Of a stretch of 64,000 nt of DNA, positions 1 to 12,150 are shown piece by piece. The stretch spans positions 538 through 64,537 of the forward strand of contig CANOSM010000009.1 of the NCBI GenBank assembly GCA_947569365.1, written 5' to 3'. The translations under genes were made by a program, and so were the position numbers. The notes under the pieces were generated by a model, which was given only the letters and a program-made list of their open reading frames with translations, was not told the DNA's origin and searched no databases. How positions within the stretch are numbered: the first letter of the stretch is position 1; each line of letters begins with the position of its first letter. This stretch comes from an uncultured Clostridium sp. (GTDB taxonomy: Bacteria; Bacillota; Clostridia; TANB77; CAG-508).

Positions 1-17
1 AAATAGAAGATATATTA

Positions 18-2108
18 ATGGATAGATTTAATAAGGGTGAAAATATTTTTTATAGTCCTAATGTAGAGATTGGAGATATGATTGGTGGAATTCAATATTC
101 TTGGGATTTAGCATTTGCTAATTTTTCAGAAAATAATCAAAAAATGATTATTGATGCAGTTAATAATAAATTTGAAAATTTGAAATTACAAGATGAAGAA
201 CTATATAAAATAGCAGACAAATTGGACTCATATTTAAATATAAGTAATTTTTTAAGTTCTTATGATAAAGGATTATTTTCTGATAAATCGATAGATTTAA
301 CTAAAAAAATTATTAAAAGAGATGCAAATATATTTAGAGCAATGAATTTTAATATGTTAGAAGATGAATTTTTAAATATTAATTATGAAGCTTTTATACA
401 TATTATAAGATATCCCAATTTGTGTAAAAAATTATTAATAATTAAAAATAATAATCCAGAATTGTTAAAAGAATTTATTTCTGAGATAAATTCTATACAA
501 GATACTGAACATATTTCAACAATATACGAAGAGATAGATCGTATAATAGATAGCTTTTCGAAAAATGGCTATTTACTAGACAAAAAAAGTAATAAAGATG
601 TAATTGAATTAAGCTTAAAAAAATTTGAACTTTGTAATGAATTTTTTAAAGATACTACATCAGAAACGATAGAGGAATTTTTAGATAAAAAATTTAGTGA
701 TACAATAGAAAAAGAGAAAAAAATAGGAGAGAAATATTCTTCAATTACAAAAGAAAGTTTAATAAATGAAAAACTTGAAATAATATTTAATAAATATTTT
801 TCTATATCATTAGAAGATGCAAAGAGAAATTTAAAAGAATATGGAGAAGATATTCTAAGTATAGAAGAAAATTTAGATTCTAAAGACAAAAATACTTTTA
901 ATCAAATAAGAAAAATACTTGATATAACTAGTATTGAAGAATTAAATACATTATATGAGACTAATTCTATTACTACATCTGCTAAAGAAATGATTACTAT
1001 GGAAAGTAATTATAGAGAAGCTTATGCATTAACTTATATAAAAAAATTTGAAGATACAAGAAATAAAATTTCAGATAACATAAAAAATGGAAATGTTACA
1101 TATGTGGAATTTGAAAATAAAAAGATTCCACAAATAAAAATAAATGGATTATTTAATATTCTTATTCATAGCTCTGATACAGGATTTAAAGGAAATAAAG
1201 AGTTAAAGAATAATAATTTTAAAGAAACTTGGATTGATGTAAAAGATACATCCCAACATTTAGTATCCACAACTAATGTAAATGAAAGTTTTATGGGAGT
1301 AGCTCCAATAGGACCAAATGGAGTTTATTATGGTTTTGTACCTAATAATCCACAAAATATAAATTTAATGGGAAATGAAGATATAAATTCAAATGTTAGG
1401 AAGTCAAATTATTCAGCTGGAAAATCAAAATATATTTCAGCTGATAAGATGCCATATTATTCTAGAAGGATTTATAGTGAATTTGCAATAGAAAAAGCTA
1501 TTCCAGATTATATTATTATTTTTGATGATATGAATGATAAAAATTTGCAAAATTCTTATAAAGCAGCTACAGAATTTGAAATTCCTATTATATATATGGA
1601 TAAAAGAGAAATAGTTAAACAACAAAAACAAAATATAGAACAATTAATTACCAAATTTAAAACAACACGTTCTTTGGAGGATTTAGAATTAATAATAAAG
1701 ACATATGAGACAAACAAAGCAGGTTGGTTATTAAATAGAGAAAACGAAAATGATGATACTTTGACTGAATCAATAAAAAATTATGATCTTATGAAAGATT
1801 TTGATGATATGTCAAAAGAAATACGAATAGTATTACAGGAATTTAAACAAAATGCTAGTTATGATGAATTAGTAGGATTAAAGAGTATTATAGAAGGGGA
1901 AGAAAGTTTATATAAAGCTCAAAACAAAAATGAAGCTAATTTTACTAAAGTAAAAATGTCAAATTTCTTAAAAATTACATTAGATGAAATATTAGAATTA
2001 GTTAATAATAAACATATTACATTAGATGAAATTTATAACGAAGAAAATAGAATAACTAATATAGAAAAAGGTAATATTAATAACCAAAATAATATATATG
2101 AAATATAA
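18..2108 (+). CDS. Large hypothetical protein (may begin upstream of the window)
   Basis: 696-aa ORF; no family confidently recognised. Confidence 0.7.
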   Translation: MDRFNKGENIFYSPNVEIGDMIGGIQYSWDLAFANFSENNQKMIIDAVNNKFENLKLQDEELYKIADKLDSYLNISNFLSSYDKGLFSDKSIDLTKKIIKRDANIFRAMNFNMLEDEFLNINYEAFIHIIRYPNLCKKLLIIKNNNPELLKEFISEINSIQDTEHISTIYEEIDRIIDSFSKNGYLLDKKSNKDVIELSLKKFELCNEFFKDTTSETIEEFLDKKFSDTIEKEKKIGEKYSSITKESLINEKLEIIFNKYFSISLEDAKRNLKEYGEDILSIEENLDSKDKNTFNQIRKILDITSIEELNTLYETNSITTSAKEMITMESNYREAYALTYIKKFEDTRNKISDNIKNGNVTYVEFENKKIPQIKINGLFNILIHSSDTGFKGNKELKNNNFKETWIDVKDTSQHLVSTTNVNESFMGVAPIGPNGVYYGFVPNNPQNINLMGNEDINSNVRKSNYSAGKSKYISADKMPYYSRRIYSEFAIEKAIPDYIIIFDDMNDKNLQNSYKAATEFEIPIIYMDKREIVKQQKQNIEQLITKFKTTRSLEDLELIIKTYETNKAGWLLNRENENDDTLTESIKNYDLMKDFDDMSKEIRIVLQEFKQNASYDELVGLKSIIEGEESLYKAQNKNEANFTKVKMSNFLKITLDEILELVNNKHITLDEIYNEENRITNIEKGNINNQNNIYEI

Positions 2109-2154
2109 AAATATATTAAATAGATATTTTAATTTTAAAGAAAGGGATATATAT

Positions 2155-2601
2155 ATGGAATTAATAAATGATTCATATAAGAAGGCGTGTACACAAATTG
2201 TAGAGTTATTTAAATATATACCAGAGCAGCAGTTAAATAAAATACCACATGAAGTTATTGAATATTATAAATCAAATATAGATGAAAATTATTCTTTTAC
2301 AATTAATCCATTAATTTCTATAAGTGATCAGAAACTTTCAAGAGAAGCAATAATAATTTTAATTACTTTATCAAAAAAATATTTTTTAAATGAACAAGAA
2401 AATCAAATTATAGATAATGCTTTAAAGAATAATAGAGATATTCTAGAAAAGCAAAAAAGAGAGTTATATAATCCTGATAATATTTTTAATAACAATATAA
2501 GTAATATAAATAAAGAGAAAATAGATACAAATATAGTCTTATATAAAGAAAATATATTTACTAAAATATTTAAATTTATAAGAAAATTAATAAAAAAGTA
2601 A
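2155..2601 (+). CDS. Hypothetical protein, paralogue of 22511-22981
   Basis: ATG 2155 follows AAAGGG SD-like site; shares Y.KA.T.V.E...KIP.E.I..Y pattern and C-terminal YKE.IF.K..F helix with the paralogue. Confidence 0.7.
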   Translation: MELINDSYKKACTQIVELFKYIPEQQLNKIPHEVIEYYKSNIDENYSFTINPLISISDQKLSREAIIILITLSKKYFLNEQENQIIDNALKNNRDILEKQKRELYNPDNIFNNNISNINKEKIDTNIVLYKENIFTKIFKFIRKLIKK

Positions 2602-2678
2602 AATATATTAATATTTTTAATGTGAAATAATATTTATATTAAAAATATTATATAAAATTAATAGAAAGATAAAAGATT

Positions 2679-4388
2679 ATGAAAAAGAGTATTAAAACAG
2701 AAAAAATATATATTTTTATTGCATTATTAGTTACAACTATTGTATTAGGAGCTAATATTTTAAAATATAATATTACTTCCACAGATGATGGATATTTACA
2801 TTTAATAAAGGTTATAGGAGTATCAGAAATAATTAAAATAAAGCAATTTCCACCAATAATTAATCCAGGATTCTGTAATGGCTATGCAATTAATTTATTT
2901 TACAATCCTCTAACAACATATATATCATTAATATTTGGAAATATATTCAATAATTATGCAATAGGAATAAAATTAATGTTATTTACTATGCTTATTTTAG
3001 CAATGATATTTATGTATTATTTCATGAAAAAGGTTACAAATAGAAAAGATATATCGATAGTAGCAGCTATATTTTATGTTACAGGATCATATTATTTATC
3101 TAATATATACATAAGGGGAGCCATTGGAGAATGTGCAGCACTATCATTTTTACCACTTTTATTTTTAGGTATGTATAGTTTATTTAGTTCAGATGGAAAA
3201 AGTCATTATTTTATTAGTATAGGTGCTATAGGATTATTATTAACGCATAATATTACAACATTATTTGCATTTGTTATCTGTATAGTATATGTTTTAATTA
3301 ATATAAATAAACTGAAAGATGTAAAGATAGTAAAAAAAATATTAATAAATATAGTATTTATAATAGGGATAACATTATTTTTTATATATCCATTAGGATT
3401 ACATAAAATATCATCAGACTATGTTGTATTTAATTCTGAGCTTATGAGAACTAATGGAGAAAATGTAGCAAAAAATATAATAGGATTAAAAGAATTATTT
3501 TTGAAAACAAATAATCATGAAATAATATTTAAGTTTAATCCAGTACAATTGATATTATTTTTATCAAGTATATATTGTATAAAATATGTGGATAAGAAAT
3601 ATAAAAAATTATATATATTTTCAATAGCATTTACGATTATTTGTAGTATTAGTGCAGCTTATACAAAACTATGGTTAAATATGCCAGATATTTTTTGTAT
3701 AATTCAATTTCCATGGAGATTATTAGGATTTTCTGGACTTTTCATTAGTATAGTATCTTCTATAAATTTAGTAATATTGCTAGAAAAAGTAATTTTGAAA
3801 AATCAAAGTAAAAAATTTAATATAATATTCATAGTGATTCCTATAGCAATGTTATCATTATTTTTAGCATATAAAAATTATTATAATATTAATATAGAAA
3901 AAAATATTGATGAAAAAAATATAACTTTTATTAATAATAATAAAAATAATATTAGATATGAAAATATAAATAGAGAATACTTGCCTTGCAAAACATATAA
4001 AACATTATATGAAAATTCAGAAGATGTATATAAAAATAAAATAACTGTTCTAGATGGAGATATTAATATTGAAACAGAGAAAAAAGATAATTTAAGATAT
4101 GAAGCAATAATAAATTATTCAAAGAAAAATACAAAACTAGAAATACCATTTTTATATTATTATGGATATAATGCTTATTTAGAGAAAGCTAATAGTGAAA
4201 AAACTAAAATAGCTATTAATGAATCTAAAAGTGGTTTTTTAGAAATAGAAATTCCCAAAGATATTGAAAATGCAAAATTAACAGTTGAATATAAAACACC
4301 AATTAGCTATTATGTAGTATATATAATTTCATTTATTATGCTAATTTACTTTATAATATATATAGTAAAATATAAAAGTCAAATATAA
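2679..4388 (+). CDS. Multi-pass membrane protein, PTPS-related / GT-C glycosyltransferase-like
   Basis: DDGYLH, FYNPL, RGAIGE and QFPWR motifs; many hydrophobic segments. Confidence 0.7.
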   Translation: MKKSIKTEKIYIFIALLVTTIVLGANILKYNITSTDDGYLHLIKVIGVSEIIKIKQFPPIINPGFCNGYAINLFYNPLTTYISLIFGNIFNNYAIGIKLMLFTMLILAMIFMYYFMKKVTNRKDISIVAAIFYVTGSYYLSNIYIRGAIGECAALSFLPLLFLGMYSLFSSDGKSHYFISIGAIGLLLTHNITTLFAFVICIVYVLININKLKDVKIVKKILINIVFIIGITLFFIYPLGLHKISSDYVVFNSELMRTNGENVAKNIIGLKELFLKTNNHEIIFKFNPVQLILFLSSIYCIKYVDKKYKKLYIFSIAFTIICSISAAYTKLWLNMPDIFCIIQFPWRLLGFSGLFISIVSSINLVILLEKVILKNQSKKFNIIFIVIPIAMLSLFLAYKNYYNINIEKNIDEKNITFINNNKNNIRYENINREYLPCKTYKTLYENSEDVYKNKITVLDGDINIETEKKDNLRYEAIINYSKKNTKLEIPFLYYYGYNAYLEKANSEKTKIAINESKSGFLEIEIPKDIENAKLTVEYKTPISYYVVYIISFIMLIYFIIYIVKYKSQI

Positions 4389-4424
4389 GGAAAATATTTG
4401 ACTTTTATGTTTTAGTTAATAATC

Positions 4425-5849
4425 TTATTTGTTATTAGATTCTAATATTTTATTTATTAATCCACAACTTTCTTTTCCTTCATTACAAATTAAATCAGTT
4501 GTGCAAGTTGCTCCTAGTCCTTTTCCGAGTAAAGGTGAAACTTCTTTTATTTGTTTAGCAATTTCTTTAGCAATATTTCTAATTTGCCATTGAGCTTTAT
4601 TACAACAACGTAATCTACATATCCATTGAGCTGTTCTAGCATTTAGTGTTGTTATAACATTTAGCATTTGTGCACCAAGATAAAAATAAATTAGATCTTG
4701 CTCTAATATATCTTGTTTTTTGAATTCTTCAAACATTTGAATATTTTTTGTATAAGCAGTATCAAATAAATCTAAACATTCTTTATTTGCCAAAATTGTA
4801 GCAGGAGTAACATGATTGTTTAAATCCCACATAGGTGTAAACTCAGGTATTAATAAAGAATGCATACGGTGACGAGTCAAGTGAGTAAGTATTGAAAGTG
4901 AAATTGGAATCTGGAAGGTGAACTGAACTTGTTCAAGTTCACGACGTTCTTCTTTATGTAAAATAATATTCATTAAATTAGCTTTAAAATTTGTATCTTT
5001 ATTTTCTGCATCTGAAATTATATTAATTGCTTTTTCTTTAGAACATTGATAATAATACATAACAGAACTATTTAATATAACATTATCAGGATCAGGTGTA
5101 TGACTTATTAATAAAGGTTTATCTATAATTGATATTTCTGGTCTAGAAGAAATATTTTCCAAATATTCAAAATTACTATTATCTGAAGTTTTTTCTATTT
5201 CATTTTTTGTACTATCATATAAATATGGTATGTAATTTTGTATTATATCTAAAAAGTGATTTCCAAGTTCTTTTAATTCACTTATTTTGCTAAGAGAACC
5301 AGAAACTAAAGATACAGTAAGCTTTTCAAATTCTCTTGCATCAAGTCCCATAATTAGATTACTATTAAAACAATAAGGAAGAATAAATCTTGCATCTTCA
5401 ACATTAATTCCATGATCTACAATATCACCATAAGTATTAAATAGATATTTCATATGAGTTATATATTTTTCTTTTAATTCTTTATTATTTCTATGAATAT
5501 TCATATTTTTATCTCTAAATTCAGGAATATAAAAATTTACATTTCTAAAATCGACTTCACGTCTTGATTTTACTGTAAATGATGTTAATCTATTACCTAT
5601 TATTGTTTGTTCAACAATAGGAGAGATATCACATAGAGCCATAACAATGTAGTCATGTTCAATTATAGATTTATGTCCCATTCCTATAATTCTTTTGATA
5701 AGTTTTATATTTTTTTCATAATCATCACAAGTTTCTGCTACTTCAAATACATTTCCAGGAAATCTTGAAAGTTTACCTGCTGATGCAACGTTTTTTATTC
5801 TTGATTCTAGTTCATCTTTAGTATATCCACCTAATAGTTCAATTTTCAT
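4425..5849 (-). CDS. thyX: FAD-dependent thymidylate synthase with two tandem Thy1 domains
   Basis: GHKSIIEH, SFTVKSRR, EDARFILP; second domain HLTRHR, RLRCCNKAQWQIR. Confidence 0.85.
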   Translation of the reverse strand: MKIELLGGYTKDELESRIKNVASAGKLSRFPGNVFEVAETCDDYEKNIKLIKRIIGMGHKSIIEHDYIVMALCDISPIVEQTIIGNRLTSFTVKSRREVDFRNVNFYIPEFRDKNMNIHRNNKELKEKYITHMKYLFNTYGDIVDHGINVEDARFILPYCFNSNLIMGLDAREFEKLTVSLVSGSLSKISELKELGNHFLDIIQNYIPYLYDSTKNEIEKTSDNSNFEYLENISSRPEISIIDKPLLISHTPDPDNVILNSSVMYYYQCSKEKAINIISDAENKDTNFKANLMNIILHKEERRELEQVQFTFQIPISLSILTHLTRHRMHSLLIPEFTPMWDLNNHVTPATILANKECLDLFDTAYTKNIQMFEEFKKQDILEQDLIYFYLGAQMLNVITTLNARTAQWICRLRCCNKAQWQIRNIAKEIAKQIKEVSPLLGKGLGATCTTDLICNEGKESCGLINKILESNNK

Positions 5850-5962
5850 AATATTTTCTCCTTAAAATAAATATAACTATAAAAATATATATCATATCAA
5901 AATGTATAATTCAAGAATAAAAGTATATAATATAAAATAAATAAATAATTATATAAAAACTA

Positions 5963-5991
5963 TTGCAAAGTTATTTAGTATAATATATAAT
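5963..5991 (+). promoter_or_regulatory. sigmaA-type promoter of tRNA-Asn
   Basis: TTGCAA-17 bp-TATAAT about 20 bp upstream of the tRNA. Confidence 0.6.
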
Positions 5992-6011
5992 TATTAAGCA
6001 AGGAAGAATAT

Positions 6012-6087
6012 TCCTCTTTAGCTCAGTTGGTAGAGCGCTCGGCTGTTAACCGATAGGTCGTTGGTTCGAGTCCAACAAGAGGAGCCA
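6012..6087 (+). tRNA. tRNA-Asn(GTT)
   Basis: 76-nt cloverleaf; TCCTCTT/AAGAGGA acceptor stem; loop CT-GTT-AA; GGTTCGAGTCC T-arm; encoded CCA. Confidence 0.97.
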
Positions 6088-6091
6088 TAAA
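6078..6091 (+). repeat. Left att-like repeat (tRNA 3' end)
   Basis: AGAGGAGCCATAAA, identical to 17174-17187. Confidence 0.8.
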
Positions 6092-6203
6092 GAAGTTTCG
6101 TCGAACTTTTTGAAAACCTTGATATAACTAAAATTCAAGACTATAAAAAAGTTTGATGAACACAAAAACTTAAACCGTTTCAAAAGAAACGGTCTTTTTT
6201 TGA

Positions 6204-6611
<408 letters not shown>

Positions 6612-6697
6612 TAATAATAAATATAAAAACTCGAAAAGTGCTAATAGCTAAACCTATGCTATGTGGCACTTTTTTGTTACCTTTCTATTCATACTAA

Positions 6698-8577
<1,880 letters not shown>

Positions 8578-8588
8578 AAAAATTATAA

Positions 8589-8993
8589 ATGGAGGAATTG
8601 AAAATGGAAAATAAAGAATTAAAAGAAAACAAAATACAAAATAAATATGGAATTGAATACACAAAACAAGGTGATTATTATATGCCAAATTTAGTTTTAG
8701 AAAAAGAAAAAATTATATTGAACAAATATGGAAAAATGAGACTAAAATTTTTAAAAGAAAATAGAAAAGAAGAACATACAATTATGTTTGTGAATGGAAC
8801 ACTTAATAAACATTTAAAAGAGATTCAAGAAACAGCAGAAAAGAGAATTGATATTATAATCGAACAACTAAAACAGCAAAATAATCTAACAGAAGAAATG
8901 AAAAATACAGATCAACTTTATTGGGTGAGTATGATGAATAATTTTAAAAATACAGCAGAAGAAATTATATTAAATGAACTAATATATGTATAA
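8589..8993 (+). CDS. tnpV: TnpV family protein
   Basis: GDYYMPNL, KYGKMR..FLKE, AEEIILNELIY motifs. Confidence 0.85.
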   Translation: MEELKMENKELKENKIQNKYGIEYTKQGDYYMPNLVLEKEKIILNKYGKMRLKFLKENRKEEHTIMFVNGTLNKHLKEIQETAEKRIDIIIEQLKQQNNLTEEMKNTDQLYWVSMMNNFKNTAEEIILNELIYV

Positions 8994-9019
8994 GAAATTA
9001 CTGGTAGGAGCAAACAGAC

Positions 9020-9130
9020 AAATGTATTGCCAAATTTAATGTCTATAAGTGTAGCGAGCATAGGTTTTGTATTGCCACAAAACCGACAGCTTACGCTGAA
9101 AGGGGATTTTTATCCCCCATAACCCCTACC
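9020..9130 (+). promoter_or_regulatory. Putative oriT region
   Basis: GC-richer intergenic stretch upstream of mobC/relaxase with hairpins GGTTTTGT-attgcc-ACAAAACC and GGGGAT..ATCCCC. Confidence 0.5.
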
Positions 9131-9245
9131 TTATGAAACGAAAAAATTAAAAAATAGATTTAAAATTAGATAAGAAATTAAAAATTTTTAAGAAAGTTTT
9201 TATAAAAAATGGATCGAAAATTTATCAAAGAGGAAGTGAAAATTT

Positions 9246-9533
9246 ATGAGAAACAGAACAATAGGAATCAATGTTAGAGTGAGTGAAAATGAAAAGAAAA
9301 AATTACAAAGAAATGCTAAAAAGAGTAACTTAAATTTATCATCTTATTTAAGAAAAGCAGGATTACAAAAGGAGATTTGTTCAATACCAGATGAAGAACT
9401 TCGTAAAGTTTACAATGGAATTGTTGAACTAAAAAATGAATTTCCTTATATGAGTGATGAAGAAATAAAAGAGAAAATAACAACAATGCAAAGTGATTTT
9501 TTAGACATTTATAATTATAAAAAACGGAGATGA
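9246..9533 (+). CDS. mobC: MobC-like ribbon-helix-helix relaxosome protein (ends at 9567 if CGG 9525 shifts +1)
   Basis: RNRTIGINVRVSENEKKKL...LSSYLR pattern; directly upstream of the relaxase. Confidence 0.75.
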   Translation: MRNRTIGINVRVSENEKKKLQRNAKKSNLNLSSYLRKAGLQKEICSIPDEELRKVYNGIVELKNEFPYMSDEEIKEKITTMQSDFLDIYNYKKRR

Positions 9534-9538
9534 TATAG

Positions 9539-10912
9539 ATGGCAACAACGAAAATATGGGCAATTAAAGATAGCATATCACGAGTAATAAGCTATGCAAA
9601 AAATCCAGAGAAAACAACATTTGCAGACTTAAAACAAGTATTAAAATATGCAGAAGATGAAGAGAAAACTATTGATAAAAACGAAAAAACTATGTATGTA
9701 ACAGGAGTAAATTGTAAAGCAGAAACAGCTTATGAAGAAATGACAATAGTGCAAAATAGATTTGATAAAACCACAGGAAATGTTGCATATCATGCATATC
9801 AAAGTTTTAAAACAGGAGAGGTATCGCCAGAATTAGCACATAAAATTGGAGTAGAACTTGCTGAAAAAATGTGGAGTGAACACCAAGTTGTAGTTGCCAC
9901 ACACTTTAATACTGGAACTTATCATAATCATTTCGTAATCAATTCAGTTAATATGTTTACAGGTAAAAAATTTAATTGTAATAAAGGAGCATATTATCAT
10001 TTCAGAGAGTTATCAGATGAACTATGTAGAGAATATGGACTAACAGTAATTGAAAAGCTAACAGGAAAAACACCGAGAAGTATATATTTTGCAGAAAAAA
10101 GAGGAGAGCCAACAAAGTATAATGTAATAAGACAAGCTATTGATGAAGCAGTGGAAATGTGTATAAATTATGGACAATTTAAAAAGATAATGCTTAAAAA
10201 AGGCTATATGATTAATGATGATTACAACAGAAAGTATCCAACAATTCGTTCAATAAATGATAAAAAAGCAGTAAGAATGTATCATTTAGGAGAACAATAT
10301 TTTCCAAAGAATATTGCAAACAAAGTTGAACACAATCCGTATTATTATCAAAATAGATATATGGAATTTATACACCCTAAAAAGAAAAAGCAAAAATATG
10401 AAGTTTGTAAATATAAAGGCAAATTCAAAGATATTAGTAAAATGAAAGGAATTGATGTACTTTTTTTATTACTATTTCATTTGTTAGGATTATTACCAAA
10501 ACGAGAAAACTATCAGCCACTATCTCCAGAAATGAAACAAGAAGTAAGAAAAATGAAACGATATTCTAATGAAATTAGACTTATTGTAAGCAAAAAACTA
10601 AAAACAACAGAAGATGTAAAAGATTATATTTCACGAACTAAAAAAGATATTGAAGATGTTACTAATTTAAGACAAAAATATAGAAATAAGTTAAGGAATT
10701 GCAAAGAAAACAACTTAATAGAAGAATATAAAGCGAAGCGAGATGAATGTACTACTATTTTAAATAAATATCGAAAAAATCTAAAAACAGCAAATTGGAT
10801 TTTAGAAGATACACCAAAAGTTAAAGAAGTTATAAAAATTGAGCAACAGATGAAAAGAGAGCAAGAAGATATTACAAAAACAAAGAAAAAAGATAGATAT
10901 GTAGGAAGATAA
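9539..10912 (+). CDS. Relaxase/mobilisation nuclease (MOBP-like)
   Basis: MATTKIW start, AYHAYQSF, VATHFNTGTYHNHFVINSV HUH motif. Confidence 0.9.
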   Translation: MATTKIWAIKDSISRVISYAKNPEKTTFADLKQVLKYAEDEEKTIDKNEKTMYVTGVNCKAETAYEEMTIVQNRFDKTTGNVAYHAYQSFKTGEVSPELAHKIGVELAEKMWSEHQVVVATHFNTGTYHNHFVINSVNMFTGKKFNCNKGAYYHFRELSDELCREYGLTVIEKLTGKTPRSIYFAEKRGEPTKYNVIRQAIDEAVEMCINYGQFKKIMLKKGYMINDDYNRKYPTIRSINDKKAVRMYHLGEQYFPKNIANKVEHNPYYYQNRYMEFIHPKKKKQKYEVCKYKGKFKDISKMKGIDVLFLLLFHLLGLLPKRENYQPLSPEMKQEVRKMKRYSNEIRLIVSKKLKTTEDVKDYISRTKKDIEDVTNLRQKYRNKLRNCKENNLIEEYKAKRDECTTILNKYRKNLKTANWILEDTPKVKEVIKIEQQMKREQEDITKTKKKDRYVGR

Positions 10913-11071
10913 AAATATAAAAGGTTGTTATGTATAAAAGTAACAGCCTTTTTATAACTTTTAAAAATGAATATTCTGGAAACAATTGTATTTATATTAA
11001 TTTTGTGGTATAAATAAGTAAAATATGAAATTTGCAACGCTTCGTTGCAAATTTCAAAACGGAGGAATTTA

Positions 11072-12109
11072 ATGAAAGATTTAATTAATACTATTAATGA
11101 TGATGAATATTTTAAATTTTTAAATGAGATTAAAAAAGATATAATTAATACTAGAAAAAAAGTTTTATTAAATGCAAATAATGAACTGATAATGATGTAT
11201 TATAGAATAGGAAAAGGACTAATAGAAAAGAATAAGTATGGTACCAATTTTATAAATAATTTATCTACTGATTTAAAATTGGAATTTCCAGATGCAGATG
11301 GTTTATCTGCAAGAAATTTAAGATATATGCAAAAATTTGCAAAAGAATTTGAGTATGATGCAATTTTGCAACACAATGTTGCAAAATTGCCATGGGGATT
11401 AGTAATATCTATAATGGATAAAGTAAAAAATATGGAAGAAAGATTATGGTATTCTGAAAAGGCATTAGAAAATTTATGGACTAGAACACAGTTAGAACAT
11501 CAAATTGCAACCAATTTATATAGTAGACAAGCATTATTAGATAATAAAATAAGCAATTACGAAGAAACATTACCAATAGAATTGGGAAAAAGGGCACTGG
11601 AAATGCTAAAAGATCCATATGTATTTGATATTACTTATAATGAAAAAGCATTAGAAAGAGATATAGAAGATGCATTAGTTTCTAATATTACTAATTTACT
11701 TTTAGAGTTTGGAAATGGTTTTGCTTTTGTAGGAAGACAATATCATTTAGAAATAGAAGGAGAAGATTATTATATAGATTTACTATTCTATAATTTAAAC
11801 TTGAAATGCTATGTTGTAGTAGAATTAAAAACAGTTAAATTTATACCAGAGTTTGCAGGCAAATTAAATTTTTATTTAAATGCAGTAGATATGCTACTAA
11901 AGAAAGAAGATGATAATCCGACAATAGGAATTTTATTGTGTAGAGATGAACACAAGTTAACTGCAGAATTAGCTTTAAAGGATATAAATAAACCAATAGG
12001 AGTAGCAGAATATAAATATTTACAAGAGATTCCAGAATATTTGGCAAATAATTTACCAAGTATAGAAACACTAGAGAAAAGATTAAATAATAGGGATGAA
12101 AACAAATAA
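11072..12109 (+). CDS. DUF1016 / YhcG PD-(D/E)XK nuclease-domain protein
   Basis: LSARNLRYM, KDPYVFD, LLEFGNGFAFVGRQ, IDLLFYN, VELK; GGAGG SD before ATG 11072. Confidence 0.9.
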   Translation: MKDLINTINDDEYFKFLNEIKKDIINTRKKVLLNANNELIMMYYRIGKGLIEKNKYGTNFINNLSTDLKLEFPDADGLSARNLRYMQKFAKEFEYDAILQHNVAKLPWGLVISIMDKVKNMEERLWYSEKALENLWTRTQLEHQIATNLYSRQALLDNKISNYEETLPIELGKRALEMLKDPYVFDITYNEKALERDIEDALVSNITNLLLEFGNGFAFVGRQYHLEIEGEDYYIDLLFYNLNLKCYVVVELKTVKFIPEFAGKLNFYLNAVDMLLKKEDDNPTIGILLCRDEHKLTAELALKDINKPIGVAEYKYLQEIPEYLANNLPSIETLEKRLNNRDENK

Positions 12110-12150
12110 ATTTCTAAGAATGTAAATGTTCTAAGATTGGAGGTTAAATA

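Noticed and set aside
11045-11071. In-frame CGG in the ORF-track N-terminus of DUF1016
   Set aside because: It lies in the GGAGG SD upstream of the likely true ATG at 11072, so it is not translated
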